Of a stretch of DNA of 64,000 bases, positions 50,701 to 64,000 are shown piece by piece; the stretch's first letter is position 1, and every line of letters begins with the position of its first letter. Origin of the DNA: Paraspadella gotoi (lineage: Eukaryota; Animalia; Chaetognatha); assembly GCA_051294375.1 (NCBI GenBank), contig CM119265.1:1552654-1616653 (forward strand). The letters run 5' to 3'. Both the position numbers and the translations under genes were made by a program. Under the pieces are notes generated by a model that was not told the origin of the DNA, did not search any database, and saw nothing but the letters and a program-made list of their open reading frames with translations.

Positions 50701-51250
50701 GTCTGAGTGGAAATGAGTTTGCTATATTGTTTTTTAACAATTTTGGGAAAAACTGGTTGAGTCAGATCTATCTGAATGGTGATAACTTGGAAGTTATTTC
50801 AATTGTATCTCTGAGTACTAAGCCGAAATATACCGAAAGAAATATAACTTTTTTCTGAAAACTTTTTTTATTAAACTAAAGAATATTTAAAATTGAAATC
50901 TGGAAAAACGAAAACCAAAAGAACGAATGGGTCTGTGAATGTAAAGCAGCGAAAAATGAGCTAAGACGAAAGTGACAAGTATAAACTTTTTAAAATACAT
51001 GGATTAAAAAAATAAATAAAACTGGAAAAAAACAAATCGCGTCCAAAAATTGACGTCGTCGCTGATTTGCTTATCCATTTTAATTATTCGAAATGCCAAA
51101 GTAAAACTGTTTTTTTTATAGTAGTTGAGATCTGTTATTTTAATCCCATCAAAATTATTCATTTAATAACTGTCTTTTAAAAATTACAATTAAAAAAAAA
51201 ACAACCTAAAAAGAGATATGGATGAGGATGAGTGGGCAAATCCTAAAATT

Positions 51251-51460
51251 CGCCTCCCGTATAGCTTGGTGAAACTCAGCTCGTCCCATTGGCTTGGACC
51301 AGCTAAGTACTCGTTCACCAAACCGTGAGTTCCGGGTTCAATCCCCTCACGGTCACGCTACTGGTTAAGTTGTGATGGTGTCGCTCACGCCAGTGACATG
51401 GGGTGCGTCACTGCAGGACCAAATCCCTGCGCAGACCATTCGGGGTGCCCTAATCAAATG
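51251..51460 (+). mobile_element. SINE-like insertion, second family (relative at 54146-54330)
   Basis: cgcctcccgtatagcttggtgaaactc...cgttcaccaaaccgtgagttccgggttcaatccc (B-box). Absent from the corresponding 40020-40080 segment. Confidence 0.5.
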
Positions 51461-51658
51461 CATGAGACTGGTTATAAATATAAACAAATTAAAGTGACAA
51501 GGACACAACGCCATCCACTTATCATCAATCAATGATGAAACGGGTGTCAGAGATTGTCAAAATTACACTACACTAACAGAATAGATTACACATTGTGTAT
51601 AACTACGTTCTATTACGAAAGAAAAGAGGGCTAGTAAAAAGAGTTCGCTTTAATCTCT

Positions 51659-53600
51659 TCACATTCTCACGATTCCCAACCGTTTCACAAGGTTCACTGC
51701 CGCGGTTGGTGAAATCTCGAGTGGGAGCCCATCGACCATAGCCGCTGAAGTGAAGTAATTTTGGAGGTGAGCTGCTGCTGCGGCGATAGAGTTAGTGGCA
51801 CATCTGCGAGACGGCGGAACGCGCGAAGGCGACCAACTTCGGCGGGATTGTATGATACGGCAGCTGCGGGAAATGCCTGGCAGGGTACAGAGGCTGCCTG
51901 CTGGGACAAGGCAGATGGCGTTCTGGGCATCGTTGGCGAACCGAACGGGCGAAGATTGACCGAGAGGCGTTGGATTCGGCGTCGGGGACGACATTGATTC
52001 GCCGGCGCCAGTACCGGCTCAGCTTTGACACGCCGGCGTCAGTGGACGGCCGTGACGCACTGTTGAGTGGGCGCGCTGCTTGAGCGTTTGATAACAGGAT
52101 CTCTGTAGGTGCCTTTTCGAGTCGCGGGAGTTTCTGGATTGAAAAGTTCTGTCCCTGCAAGAAGAGAGAAAAAATAATCATTGGATTTGTGATATGTGAT
52201 TGGGTGAATAAGGAATAAGATAAGTAGGTGATAGATTATTTAATGTCATTTCTTTAAGAGATAGACGAAAAACCAAATGAATTAATACTATGATTAAAAA
52301 AAATTAATGATAGGTTTATCAGATTGATTAAAATGATTATTTTGAAAATTAAATATTTAAAGGAAGGCCAGGTTTACAATTATTATTATTTTATTATATT
52401 GTTCATTATTATTTATTGAGTACGGAAGAGAAAAAAATGTAAACCCGGGCTTTCGCCCAAAAGAAAAACAGGTGTTTTAATGGCGAAAAACTAGGATTTA
52501 TTTATTAGGTATTTTACAATCGGCTGATGAAGACTTGAAATCATAAGTCGAAACAACTATTAAACAAATGCTTTGTTTTTTCGCCATTAAAAACATGTTT
52601 GCCTTCAAATAAACAGAAAAGAGAGATTAACCATAATGAAAGTAAATATAAAGATCTTACAAGATAGCCGCGTCAAAAATTAGGAAATTAAAAATAGGAA
52701 TAAGGACGATTTACATTGATTAAAGGTAACCTGTTCAGCGCGGAAGTGAGAGAGAGAGAGGCCGCTGTGCAGTCACTACAGAGCCTGAACTCGTTTTTAA
52801 ACGATTCAGAAAAGGCAGGAAGAAATAAAAGAAAGACAAAAAAATGTTACAATTGTTTATAATTGGAAATTGTTACAATTTTTTCCAATCATAGCTTGTA
52901 AAAGATTTTATTTTTATTTGTATTAAAATTAAGATATAGCTTCTCATTAAAAAGGTCTTTTGATTTCACACGTTTTTTATTGATTCAAAGATTTTTTTAT
53001 GAATTTCATCTTCAATATTATTTACTGCAGTATGTGAATTAGATTAAAGCATTTCTATATAGTATTTTGGATATTATAATGAGTAATATAATCTCATTTG
53101 CATATTGAAGTAAATCATAATAAAGTGGAAATTCAAACAAAAAATACTTGAATCCAAATGTAATATAAAAATTTCAAAGCTATTTCAAGATGAGAAGCCA
53201 TATCTAAATTTTCAACTTACTATGATCGCACGCTTTTATAAAACTTCATCGTACTTTATAATAATTTTTATTTAAAAAAAACGACGACGACGACAACGAA
53301 GTCACAAAGAAGATAACTTGGAAGCCTGCTTCTGAGGGAGGGTTCCCCGCCGACGACGATTCTGGAACCATAATTTGACCTGTCCGCTGTGGACCTGCAG
53401 GCGCTTGGCCAGGCTTTCCTTCTGCGCCTGGTTGATGTAAGGCTTTACTCTGAAGACCCCTTCCAAGACTTCCTGCTGGTGAAGGAGAAAGCTGAACCTC
53501 TCTCCCTCCTTGGTCTGGCGGACGTCGGGCAGCTCCTCGAGGGGGCACTGCTCGTCGGACTGCCCGTCGGAGGGGGTTTCGCTGCCTTGGTTCGACTTGG
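51659..53600 (-). CDS. Divergent Q50 homeobox gene, copy B
   Basis: ORF 53302..53685 contains ERFSFLLHQQEVLEGVFRVKPYINQAQKESLAKRLQVHSGQVKLWFQNRRRR (F8, L16, F20, Y25, W48, F49, Q50, N51, R53). A strong acceptor tctctcttcttgcag| at 52154 opens the last exon, which runs to TGA at about 51659. Confidence 0.8.
52524..52554 (+). ncRNA. Partial hammerhead ribozyme core (Penelope-type), probably a relic
   Basis: CTGATGA-A-GACTT-gaaatcat-AAGTC-GAAAC gives both core boxes and a perfect 5-bp stem II. Stems I and III and the NUH site are not evident. Confidence 0.35.
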
Positions 53601-54789
53601 TGGAGGAGGCGTTGGGGAACTGAAATTTGTGGGCGGAGGCGAATGAGAAAGAGTTTCGAGCGCGCGAGCGAAAAGTTTCCTTCAAGTTTTACTCGTTAAA
53701 ATAGCGAGCGTTTTATGAAGAGAGTTAATTGTTTTTAATTGATGCGAGCGAGAAAGAAATTTAGTCTGAGAGAGAGAAGTTTAGTTTGAAGCGAGTAGTG
53801 AGACAGAGATTGAGTGACGATAGCGAAAGAGCGAAATATTGAATGGAATCAAGAGATTTTTTTTTTTTAATTATTATTTTTTTTCGTATGTATATATTTT
53901 TTCTGAAACCTACAAAATATTCCCCGTTCGAATGCTACTTGATAATACTTTTATTACAATTTAATTACAATTTATAACAAATTATTAGCTTCGCTATGGT
54001 TCAAAGGCCAGTTGGCTCTGGAAAATAATAACATTGCAGGCCCTGCTATGTTATTTAAGACAGATGAAGTCCTTAACGCGCCACCAACCCGTTCAGGTTC
54101 AAGTCAAGACAGACTTGGTTGATTAAATGTAATTTAATGTATATTCGCCTCCGTATATCTTGGTGAAACTCGTTCACCAACCGTGAGTTCTGGGCCTCAA
54201 TCCCTCACGGGCATGCTGTGTTAAAGTGCGAGTGGTGTCGCCCCATAGACAGTTAGGACACGGCAGTGCAGGTTCAAAGCACTGAGCGCCAGCTGTCGGT
54301 TAGATGCCTCATACCCCAGGCTCACCCCTGTCTCCCCGTTTCCTTTTACACAAATTATGCATAATTATGGCATATTATGGCATAATTATGGCATAATTAT
54401 TGGCATAAATATCTCCTTGGTTCCCGCAATTAATCCCAGGACGGAAGGCGCGAAAATGGAGGATCAAGGAAACCCAGTCGACAATTCGGCTCGAAAATTA
54501 TCTTCTTCGAACTTTCGAAAGAAGCGATTTTGGTTGACAGAAAAAAACGCAATTGCAGAAGGCGTGGGAATTCAGGATATTAGTAGAGTGGATCTATCGG
54601 GGGAACAAAAATTGTATTTAAGTGAACAAACAAGGTAGACGTTAGATGGTTAAGATTATCTAGCACAGATCGGAAACGGACCTTCAAAAAGAGTGACGGG
54701 GCCGTTTTAAACCACGGTTGTAGTCCGCCGGATCCCAAGTCCTGAAAGCGAGGCGTCTGACGCGAAAAATCTCCCAGACGCACATGTTA

Positions 54790-55075
54790 GATTTTCTCTT
54801 CCCTAAGATTATTTTGTTCATCTTTGATTTATCTTCTTCCCCATAGATTTATTCTCTTCATCTTGGATTCTCCTACAGATTTATTTTGTTCATCTTAGAT
54901 TTATCTTCTTTCCTCAGATTTATTTTGTTCATCTTAGATTTATCTTCTTTCCTAAGATTTATTTTGTTCATCTAGATTTATCTTCTTTCTTCAGATTTAT
55001 TTGTTCATCTTAGATTTATCTTCTTTCCCTAAGATTTTATTTTGTTCATCTTAGATTTACTTCTATCCTCAGATT
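54790..55075. repeat. About 39-bp tandem repeat (shorter array at 33885-33980)
   Basis: Unit agatttattttgttcatcttagatttatcttctttcct(c/a). Confidence 0.85.
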
Positions 55076-55139
55076 TTTCTGGAGATGGTTGAACGAGCTG
55101 TTTTGGATTGCGGTCGCTTCATCAAACGTCGGACGACAT

Positions 55140-58100
55140 CTACGTCTGGTTGCGGTGAGAGAAGCCAAAACTCGCTTATTCATTTATCTATTTATTTATT
55201 ATTTTTGTAGTTATTTACTTATTTAAATCTATTTATGTGGTTAAGGCGCTAAGTGTGCTGATGATGACTATCCGCAACTTCTTTAACCCCTCTAGCAGCC
55301 ATGGAACGGGTCCTGGGCATGGAACCAGGCTTGAGAGTTTTCCACACCCCAAGGCCGTCCTCACGCTTTCCGCAGGGTACCGGTTGGGATTGAACCTAGT
55401 ACCTGGTGGTCATGAAGCTGATGGCTTTACTCATGGGTCACGACTGAAGGTGTCATGATTATAGGCGGGGTGAACTTATGCTATGCCCGACTATAATTAT
55501 TTATTTACATAATTATTTATTAATACAATTTCCTTTTTATTTATTCATGAGGACCATATATCGAGACAAAATTTAAAAGTATTTGACAATTAAGGCCTAT
55601 CGTTAAAAATCTTAAAATTTTGTCTTACTTACCTGAAAAAAAATTAAATAAGTTTAATTTGGATAGTGATGAAAAGCTTAAAATCAGGTCAATTAAAGAT
55701 AAGACATACCACTATCATATTCAGAAACGACCACTGAAAAATATTAACGAGTATGGCTTTTTATGCTATGCAATGTAAGGTGCGCGTATAAAAATGACTA
55801 AATGATTTGAAAACATCCACAACGCCCTGTAGTTGTTTAAAATTTGTTATTGTTCATTGCATATGAAAGTAAAACACAGAAAAATCTTTTGGCACCTATT
55901 TTATTATTGTATCTTATATCGTTCAGACAGGGCAGGACATTAAGTTTTGTCTCGATATAGGTCCCACCCCTGTACTTATTAATTAATATAATTATCTTTT
56001 TCTTTTTTATTTATTTATTTATATTATATTAATTTGTTTTTTAAGGCGTTCGATGCGGTGGAAAATTCTTGAAATCGCATCATTCGAAAAACGAAGAAAT
56101 CGGTGCCCAGTAGAGGTAATCTTACTACCTATTTTAGTTTTATTCTATTTCATATAATGTTAATTAAAAATGTTTTAATTCTCATAATTGTTTTTTTTAT
56201 CGTTTTAGAAAACATCATATGAACAACGATTAAAGTTGATGATCAACACGAGAAAATGTTGTTTTGTTGCAAACTTTTTTTTGGCTTGTGGTTACCAATG
56301 TTTGTTTAAATATTATACCAACTTGAAAAAAAAAAAAAAGAAATGATTCACTAATAATTGAACTTGTTATATGTCTTTTCGATTAATTTATGTTTCTGCT
56401 ATTAGGAGATGAAAGAAATTTAAAAAGCTCGCATCCGATGGGTAGTGATAATACGTCACTACACTGTAGCCATTTTTTTTAGGTCGCTACACGTGGTTCT
56501 CCTTGACAAGGACCTTGTACGTGAGAGTTTAAAAAGAGTTAATCTATGCAAAATTCTGTTTATTCTATCTATCTATCTACCTATCTATCTGTTCTATCTG
56601 TTCTATCCACTGCGGCGCAAAACATTGGATGGACCGATCTTGTTGATATAAATAAACTAACCAATTATTTTGCTTCGTGTTTATACCTTCAGACAATTTG
56701 TTTTGATATATAGAATATTAATATATAATTTTATGGATTATTAAAACTTTTTTTACAGAGAGAGAGAAAAGAGTGGAAGAGGATACATTGTTTCCATATT
56801 GAAATTGGTTGAGTGCAAGGGCAAAGTGGACAAGACAGTTTACTGTTGTTTTTTTTTTCACCGATGCCCCTTGCTGCGGCTCCTGAAGCAGCGAACTAAA
56901 ACACACGCATAAAACTTGTCTCTTTTTGCTGCTTCCATCGTCGCTTTATGCGTCACTCCTTTCGTCGTCGCTCTCACCGTCGCAACTGCTTCCTCCATTG
57001 TTTAGTCCCTCAGCAGTCAGAGTTTTTTTGTTGTAAAAGTAGCGTAGGGAAAGTCAACCCTAATCCCTAAACCCTAATCCCTCACTCTAATCTCTATCCC
57101 CTAATCTAACCTTATCCCTAACCGAAACCCTAACAATTAATCCGTCGTTCAAATTATCGTCGTTTTTGTCGATCCCGATCCTGACTCCGTCAGACGGCAA
57201 GGGGGCATCGAAGAGCATTTCGCCAATCGATCTCTTTCCTTTCGGCATTCAGATATCAGGATTTTTAGCTGAAGTGAGTTTGAGTTTGAGTGAAGTTAAA
57301 TTTGACGAATAACAATCCTATCACGAAAGTAATTAATTGGTTAAATAGTGAATGAGAATGAAAATATGTCGCGACTAAACTAAAAAAAGGGAGAATAGGG
57401 ATCTAAATTTAATTTTATTCTTTGCCCTTTCGCAAATATTTGTAATTATATAACTTTTTTTTTTTTCTTTTCCTTAAATTCCGTATTGACAAGCAAGGCG
57501 ACTGATCGATATCTGAGTCTTTCTGTCGATGTTTCTATCGATTGCCCTCGCTCTTAGCAATGCTTAATTGCTTAATGCTTAATTGCTTAATGCTTAATTG
57601 CTTAATGCTTAATTGCTTAATGCTTAATTGCTTAATCTTCATTTCCTTCATCATAGATTTTGCGATGGCCGATGTCCCTCGATTTTAATGACGTCAGGTG
57701 TGAATTTAATTGAATTGAATTGAATTGAATTGAATTAAATGAATTGAATCGTAGATCGTCTCACAAATCAATCGTCTAAACGATGGTAAATTAAGAGAAG
57801 GTAACCCAATTAAAAGTTCAAATATCTCGTACCAGGCGATGGGCAAAAAGAAGAACTTTCATGAAGAATCACGAATTCCACACCCAACATTTTTCCCCAC
57901 CCGACCTTGATTGCTTAGTATAGCTTAAACTTTCACCAGCCCAGTTTAAAATGTAGTTAAAAATTAACTAACCTATACAGTTTTATTTAGCTATACATAT
58001 GTGTGCACTAAGAGTGTATATCGACGCTCCAGACAACTAACATATAAGTTAATCACATTCGTTGATTGAATTTAATGTCATAGTCATAATCATCGTCGTC

Positions 58101-58495
58101 GTCGTCGTCGTTGTCATCGTCGTCTTTCGTCTTTCGCGGTCGCCAACTTCGCACTGTTAATGTCATCTTCGACGGCGCCACGGCGTCGCGACGCCACCGA
58201 CCGTCGCCGCTTAACCCCCGCCACTCCGCCGCCACTTTCGCCATCGCCGCCACTTCAGCCATCGCCGCCATTTCAGCCATCGCCGCCACCGCCACTGGCG
58301 CTCTCGTGATCGTCGTCTCTAGAAGTCGTCGTCGTTTTCGTCGTCGTCGTTTTCGTCGTCGTCGTTTTTCGTCGTCGTCGTTTTCTCGGTCGTTCGTCGT
58401 CGTCGAAGAACCAAACGTCGATTCCACCTTCCATCCGATTTGCCGACAAAATTTCCCCACGCTGACCAAAACCGCGTCTCTCTCTCTCTCTCCTT

Positions 58496-58537
<42 letters not shown>

Positions 58538-58605
58538 GAGAAATAGGTAGCTTTTAAAGGCCCTCAAGGTGCCTAAAGCCGCAAGTAATTATACTATTGT
58601 CTATT

Positions 58606-58664
<59 letters not shown>

Positions 58665-58886
58665 TCCACCCGTAAGGAAGTCACCGCCGCGTCATCGTCG
58701 CCGCGATCGACTCTCTCTCCCCTCCTCTGTCTCTCTCTCTCTCCCTTCTCTCTGTATCTCCCCTTTTTCTCCTCTTCTCACCTCATACTTTCTCCCATAT
58801 ATAAGACCCGACACGATTAACGGAACAAATTCCAAACAAATTTTCTTCTCATTTTTTTTTCGTTCCGAATTAATTTTCCTGAATTG
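55140..58886 (+). repeat. Direct duplicate of about 34160-37905
   Basis: Collinear, differing by 1-nt indels, and ends at a 25-N gap. The fragment 58912-59001 is an inverted piece of 58365-58455. Confidence 0.85.
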
Positions 58887-61179
58887 NNNNNNNNNNNNNN
58901 NNNNNNNNNNNGAAATTTTGTCGGCAAATCGGATGGAAGGTGGAATCGACGTTTGGTTCTTCGACGACGACGAAAACGACGACGACGAAAACGACGACGA
59001 CNNNNNNNNNNNNNNNNNNNNNNNNNTTTTTTCTTCAAACAAAAATCGATTAACTTTGTATTATGAAATAGTTTATTGTATATATATGAACCACTTTGTA
59101 AAGCAATACCCGCAATCTATAGCTGACGCGTGAACAATTTAATCGAATCATAAATGCAAAGACCGATCGGACGAGAGCCTGATGAATGAGTTTGAAGAGG
59201 GACGGCGCTTAGCCGACGCCTGTTAACATAGGTGTTACAGCCTGATCGAAGCTCAGGGACTGTTTATTAGAGTGGGCACTCAAAGAACCAAAAAATTTAT
59301 TTGAATGATCGAAACAATTGATATTTAGATGATGAGACAGTATGAATTAACTAGTAAATAAAAATTATTTGTGTCATATTATCTCGGGAACAGTATATAA
59401 AATAATATTTTTGTAGTAATATCCTTAAAAATCGTAAATTTTAAAATAATTTTATGAATACTTTTATGTAAGATGTACACGATAGTTCATACGGAAAGTT
59501 GAATCAAAATAACATGTTATATAAAATCTCTGTCATCTCAATGTTTTAAATTAAAAAAGGTGAAAATTCCTAACTTTTTATTACTCTTGTAATAGAAACT
59601 TATTATGTTAAACAGTTTTAATCATTTTTGTGTCAACAGTTAAAATAATCAATATATACATTTTTTAAAAGTTTCTTATGTTCTTTATACAGCAAATCCA
59701 TCATTTTAATAAATAAAAAAATTTTTTATAATTATTTTAACGGATTTTTTAAGGTATATTACTAATTAATAATTGATTTGCTCATAACCTGTTTATGCTA
59801 CAGAATTTTTAATAAGGATTGTAATTTTATTAATGTTATGTCCTAGGCAGCAAAAAATATCGTTCATTAATCACATCTCTTTTCAATCACTCTACTACTG
59901 TTTATGTTGATGCATCTTACCACCGGTCTCTCTCTCTAAACCTTCCTCTCTCCTCTTTCTCCGAGCCGGTCAATCCACACGCTCACTTTGCCGAGCTTTG
60001 GCAATGACCTTAGATTGACCGACAGTAATAGGGCCGAGGCGACCGTAAGGTCAGTTGGTCCGGGCGATGAAAAGTGGATCAGGAGAGAGCTCGTCTCACT
60101 TCTTTTCTTTTCAGAGAAGTAGAAAAGAGTGAGTCTAGCTCTCTTCTCATCACTTTTATCATCGCCCGGGCCAACATGACTTACTGTCGCCTCGGGCCCT
60201 ATTATGTGTCCGGTCAATCTAAGGTCATTGCCAAAGCTAGGGCAAAGTGACCGTGTGGAATAGACCGGCTCGGAGAAAGAGGAGAGAGGAAGGGTTTAGA
60301 GAGAGAGACGGTGAAGTCGCCTCATGGTCGAAGGTTTCTATCACTAACTCATAATAATAATCTGTCTTTCCATTGTTATTTGATAGATAATTATAAAAAG
60401 ATTAGATCGAATAAAGTCGATCACTGATTAGCGAGGTGTAGTGACGTAATAACACTACCCGTTGGATACGACTATTCCTGCCATCAGCACCGTAATAGCG
60501 CACTGGCGCGGATGCAGGAATGTCTGGTAACGCTTCATCTCGAACCATTGGTCCGGGTTCTTGCCTGGACGGACCGGTGCTTGCAAAAAGGACTGACGGG
60601 CTCTTAAACATCGGTAGCGCATTCCCGAGGATCGAAGCTCAGAGCCAATATTCACACTAAGTTGGGAAGCTATTCACACTCACAAGTGACTTCGATGCCC
60701 CTCCACTCTGTGGTCACTTCAAGGGTTCGTCTAAAGCAATGTCATATATCCTTGTTAGACATAATCAATGATATGTTTAAAATTGATTTCCTTCTTTCTA
60801 AGTTTCAAAAACTTAACACGATCCTACTCTCATCCGTTTAAAACTTATTCCATAATTAAATCAGTAGCTCTTTCTTACATATTATTTTTCAAATAAATTC
60901 CGGAATTTAATCAACAACTGATTTCAATTGCATTCCTCAAACAATCGAAGTCAAAATGATCCGGCTTTTTTTTATCCTTTTCACTCTCGCTTCTCACTCC
61001 TCTCTTCACTCACTCCATCTCCTTCATCTCCCCTCTCTCCCTACTTAACAACCTCTCTACTCATCAAGAGTCTTCACCCATCACTCCTTAACAAACCCCT
61101 CTACTCCATCATAGTCCTTCTACCCCATCACTCCTTAACAACCCCCTCTACTCCATCAAGAGTCCTTCTACCCATCACT

Positions 61180-63232
61180 CTAAGCTCGGTGTTCTGCTCC
61201 AGCGTAATTGCCGAGACGGACGCCCTGGCTGTATCAGAAAAACCCGCTGTGATCCTGATAGCCCAACAGACATACTGGGCATTGTGCTTGCCGCCTTGCA
61301 GCCCTTTCTCTCTCCCACGGGCCCTTAATGGGCCATCTTCGCCTTTGCAGACGACTGACCATTCGACCGTGTCGGGGGTGTCTGGCAAAAGGCCGAGTTG
61401 CTGGCAACGAAGTCCCAATCATTGCGCAGCCCCAGTTGAAGTCTTCTTCCAAATCATCGGGACGGCAGAAAAATTCCAACGCTGAAGAAGAAACAAGAAA
61501 AAAAAAAAACTCGTTTGAAAATTAAATAAAAAAAAAAGTTTCAAGACAAAAGAAATACCGCGTGACCATTTAAAAGCCCGCCGCTATAAAAAAATTCATA
61601 TGAAAAACGCGTAGAGATTTAACATTTGAAAAAGATATATGAAGACAAAAAAGTACTCATTTCTTATGTATAAATTTTCTGATAATTGTTTTTATTTTTT
61701 GAGTTCGTAATGAGCGAAAAAGATGAGGAGCAAAATTCTAGATTTTCAATCAGAAATAAAAGAAATTCGTACCTGGAATTGATGACTTTTGTAATTAGTG
61801 CTAATATGGGTATCATAAGAAAGTCCGTTAAGAATGATCAGGGAATATTTATTATAATTTCTAAAAAGTAATATACTTTGCCATTGACTATTGTGATGGG
61901 GATTGAGAGAAATATTAAAAGGTAAATAATAAATGTATAGATTAAAATAAAGATGATAGGGCAAGATAGCTTTTTTATTAAATGAATTGGATAATTTTTA
62001 TGTTGTTTGAACCAATTGCATATATAAAAGTATATCTAATTATATAATAATATATAATACATTTCTATCTGTGGTCTTATCCTTTTCGCAGAGGAAATCA
62101 AACCGAGAAAGGAAATCGGATCAACGACTCGAGTAAAAATCCACCGGAAGTCAAATATTTAAATTAATATTACGTAGTTAAATATTTATAAAAATTCTAT
62201 TCGGTCACATGTCTACCAGTAGAAAACATAATCAAAATGCGCTTAATTTTATCTCATATCTTAATAAATACTAGTAAAGATTACTAATACAGTATCCTTT
62301 GTTTGAAAATAAGTTTAATGGAGATGAGAGAAAAGTTTTACATTAAATTTACACTGCAAAGTTCCAAACATACCATCACGGAATAGACCTATCCGACGGA
62401 CCATGTCGGCCTTGTGATGTGATCGCTCGTCTCCTTCACGAATCATCAAAACCGACCAATCACAGACCTTATTTCACCTTAGACCGACCAATGAACGACA
62501 GAGAGACTCAGGGGTCGATGGCCGAGATTGTCGAGGGATCTCGAGAGATTCTCTACAACATCCAACCTCAGAAGGCAACTCTTCTTCAATTAAATATTTT
62601 TGTCATCACCTTTGAAGTAACCTTGTCATCGTGTCGTCATTACATTCGCCATCACCTAATCATTGTCCGTCATTATAAAACTATGTCAACCCTCGTCATT
62701 TTATTAAACTTCTACGATATAATATAATATTCTTGATAGGTTTAGGCTTTGTCGTCGCGCATTGCATATGCATAAGTTCGCCCGCCTGAAAGCACGGTGG
62801 CTCACTGAGTAAAGCCATCGACCACATAGGTACCGGGGTTCAATCCAGCCCGGTACCTTCATCCACAGCTTAACCAGATAATCACTACCTGTGAGGGCGC
62901 AACGCTGACGTCAATTTCATGCCAATGAAAATAGGAAATCTGGATTGTCCTGCCTCATAATAAGGCTGCGTCTTTTGAACCCATTGTCCTTTCCATTCTC
63001 AGTGGCTGACAATGGAGTGCTGGAGAATTTGGTCCGGTTGTGAGGTCGATCGCTTCACAGTAGGCGGCGGGGCTTTGTGATATTCATATTGTTAATGGGT
63101 CACATTTTTTGATCGTTACAAATCTATCTCTCTCTTTTCTCTCTATCTATCTATCTATCTCTTGGACTTACTTGGACATGCCGCTTCTGAGGCAATAATG
63201 AGGACAGCGCCGAAAAACAGAAGACTCAACAT
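61180..63232 (-). other. Noisy duplicate of the secreted-protein gene (59027-63750 duplicates 29120-33870; partial third copy at 46290-47700)
   Basis: Collinear, differing by scattered 1-nt indels; both copies begin at 25-N gaps. Confidence 0.75.
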
Positions 63233-64000
63233 TTTCGGTCGATTGAAAGAAAAAAAAAGAGTCGCTGATTAAAAAACAAAAAGAAAGTTAGTATTATATC
63301 TCTACTATTTACTATTACTATTATATTTATTTTTCATTTACTATTTACTATTAACTGACACAAAAGGTTTAATTCTCTCTTTCTTTGTAACAGGCCAAAG
63401 TAAAGGGACACACAGATATTCAGAGATAAGAACGGACAGACAATCTCATATCTATCACTAAAGTCTAAAATATTATTTTAAGGAGTCACCAACTTACAAT
63501 TTTATATTTCTATCATAATTTCTCGATCGTTAATAATATTTTTGTAATACAAAGTGAAAGTTAAGCTTTTAAAGAGACTCACCGTGAGCCGAAAGGAAAA
63601 AGAAATATGACCAGAGAAAATAGAATTAGATTCTTTGACGACTCGGGGATTTCCTCTTCCTTTTTATACATTTTTATTCCTTATCTCTCTCTCTCTCTCT
63701 CTCCTCTTCCTCTCCTCTCTGCTCTCTCTCTCTTCTCTCTCCCTCTCTCTCTCTCTCTCTCCCTGGATGTTTTTCTTTCTTTCCTCCCCCATTCTTCCCC
63801 CTCTCCCTCCCTCCTTTTCCCTACCCCAGGGCCTTCCCTTTCGTATTCCGTCTCGACCACCCTCTCCCCATTTTTTGTTGCGCCGCGCACACTCGGTCGG
63901 TCTGTCGATCTGTAGGTCTGTTCCACTACTTAAATGCATATAATTTTCTATAGTTTGGTTGCTTCCTTTTGTTAAGACAGAAAAAGAACCTCAAATTAAG

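Overview
This is AT-rich, microsatellite-dense animal (invertebrate) genomic DNA from a draft assembly with heavy gap-filling artefacts: six gaps of exactly 25 N, one 462-N gap, and many indel-riddled duplicate copies. Three spliced loci are recognisable. (1) A + strand LEV-9/Hasp-like multi-Sushi (CCP) extracellular scaffold gene; the best copy runs 16983-28332 and a noisy duplicate occupies 1-8817. (2) A - strand secreted, Cys/Trp-containing protein I do not recognise (33394->31314, with noisy duplicates). (3) Two oppositely oriented copies of a divergent Q50 homeobox gene (38177-39855 +, about 53600->51659 -). Between them lie tRNA-derived SINE-like elements, a 430-bp palindromic MITE or hairpin, Helentron/DINE-like elements, elements carrying telomere-like 13-mer arrays, a Tc1/mariner-type MITE and a hammerhead-core relic. 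The most unusual signal is a set of minisatellites that copy exon boundaries, above all a 57-bp in-frame repeat that multiplies both the LEV-9 RGRR/GRR processing site and its splice donor. I found no prokaryotic systems, CRISPR arrays, rRNA or intact tRNA genes. All family assignments come from manual translation and recalled motifs; no searches were run.
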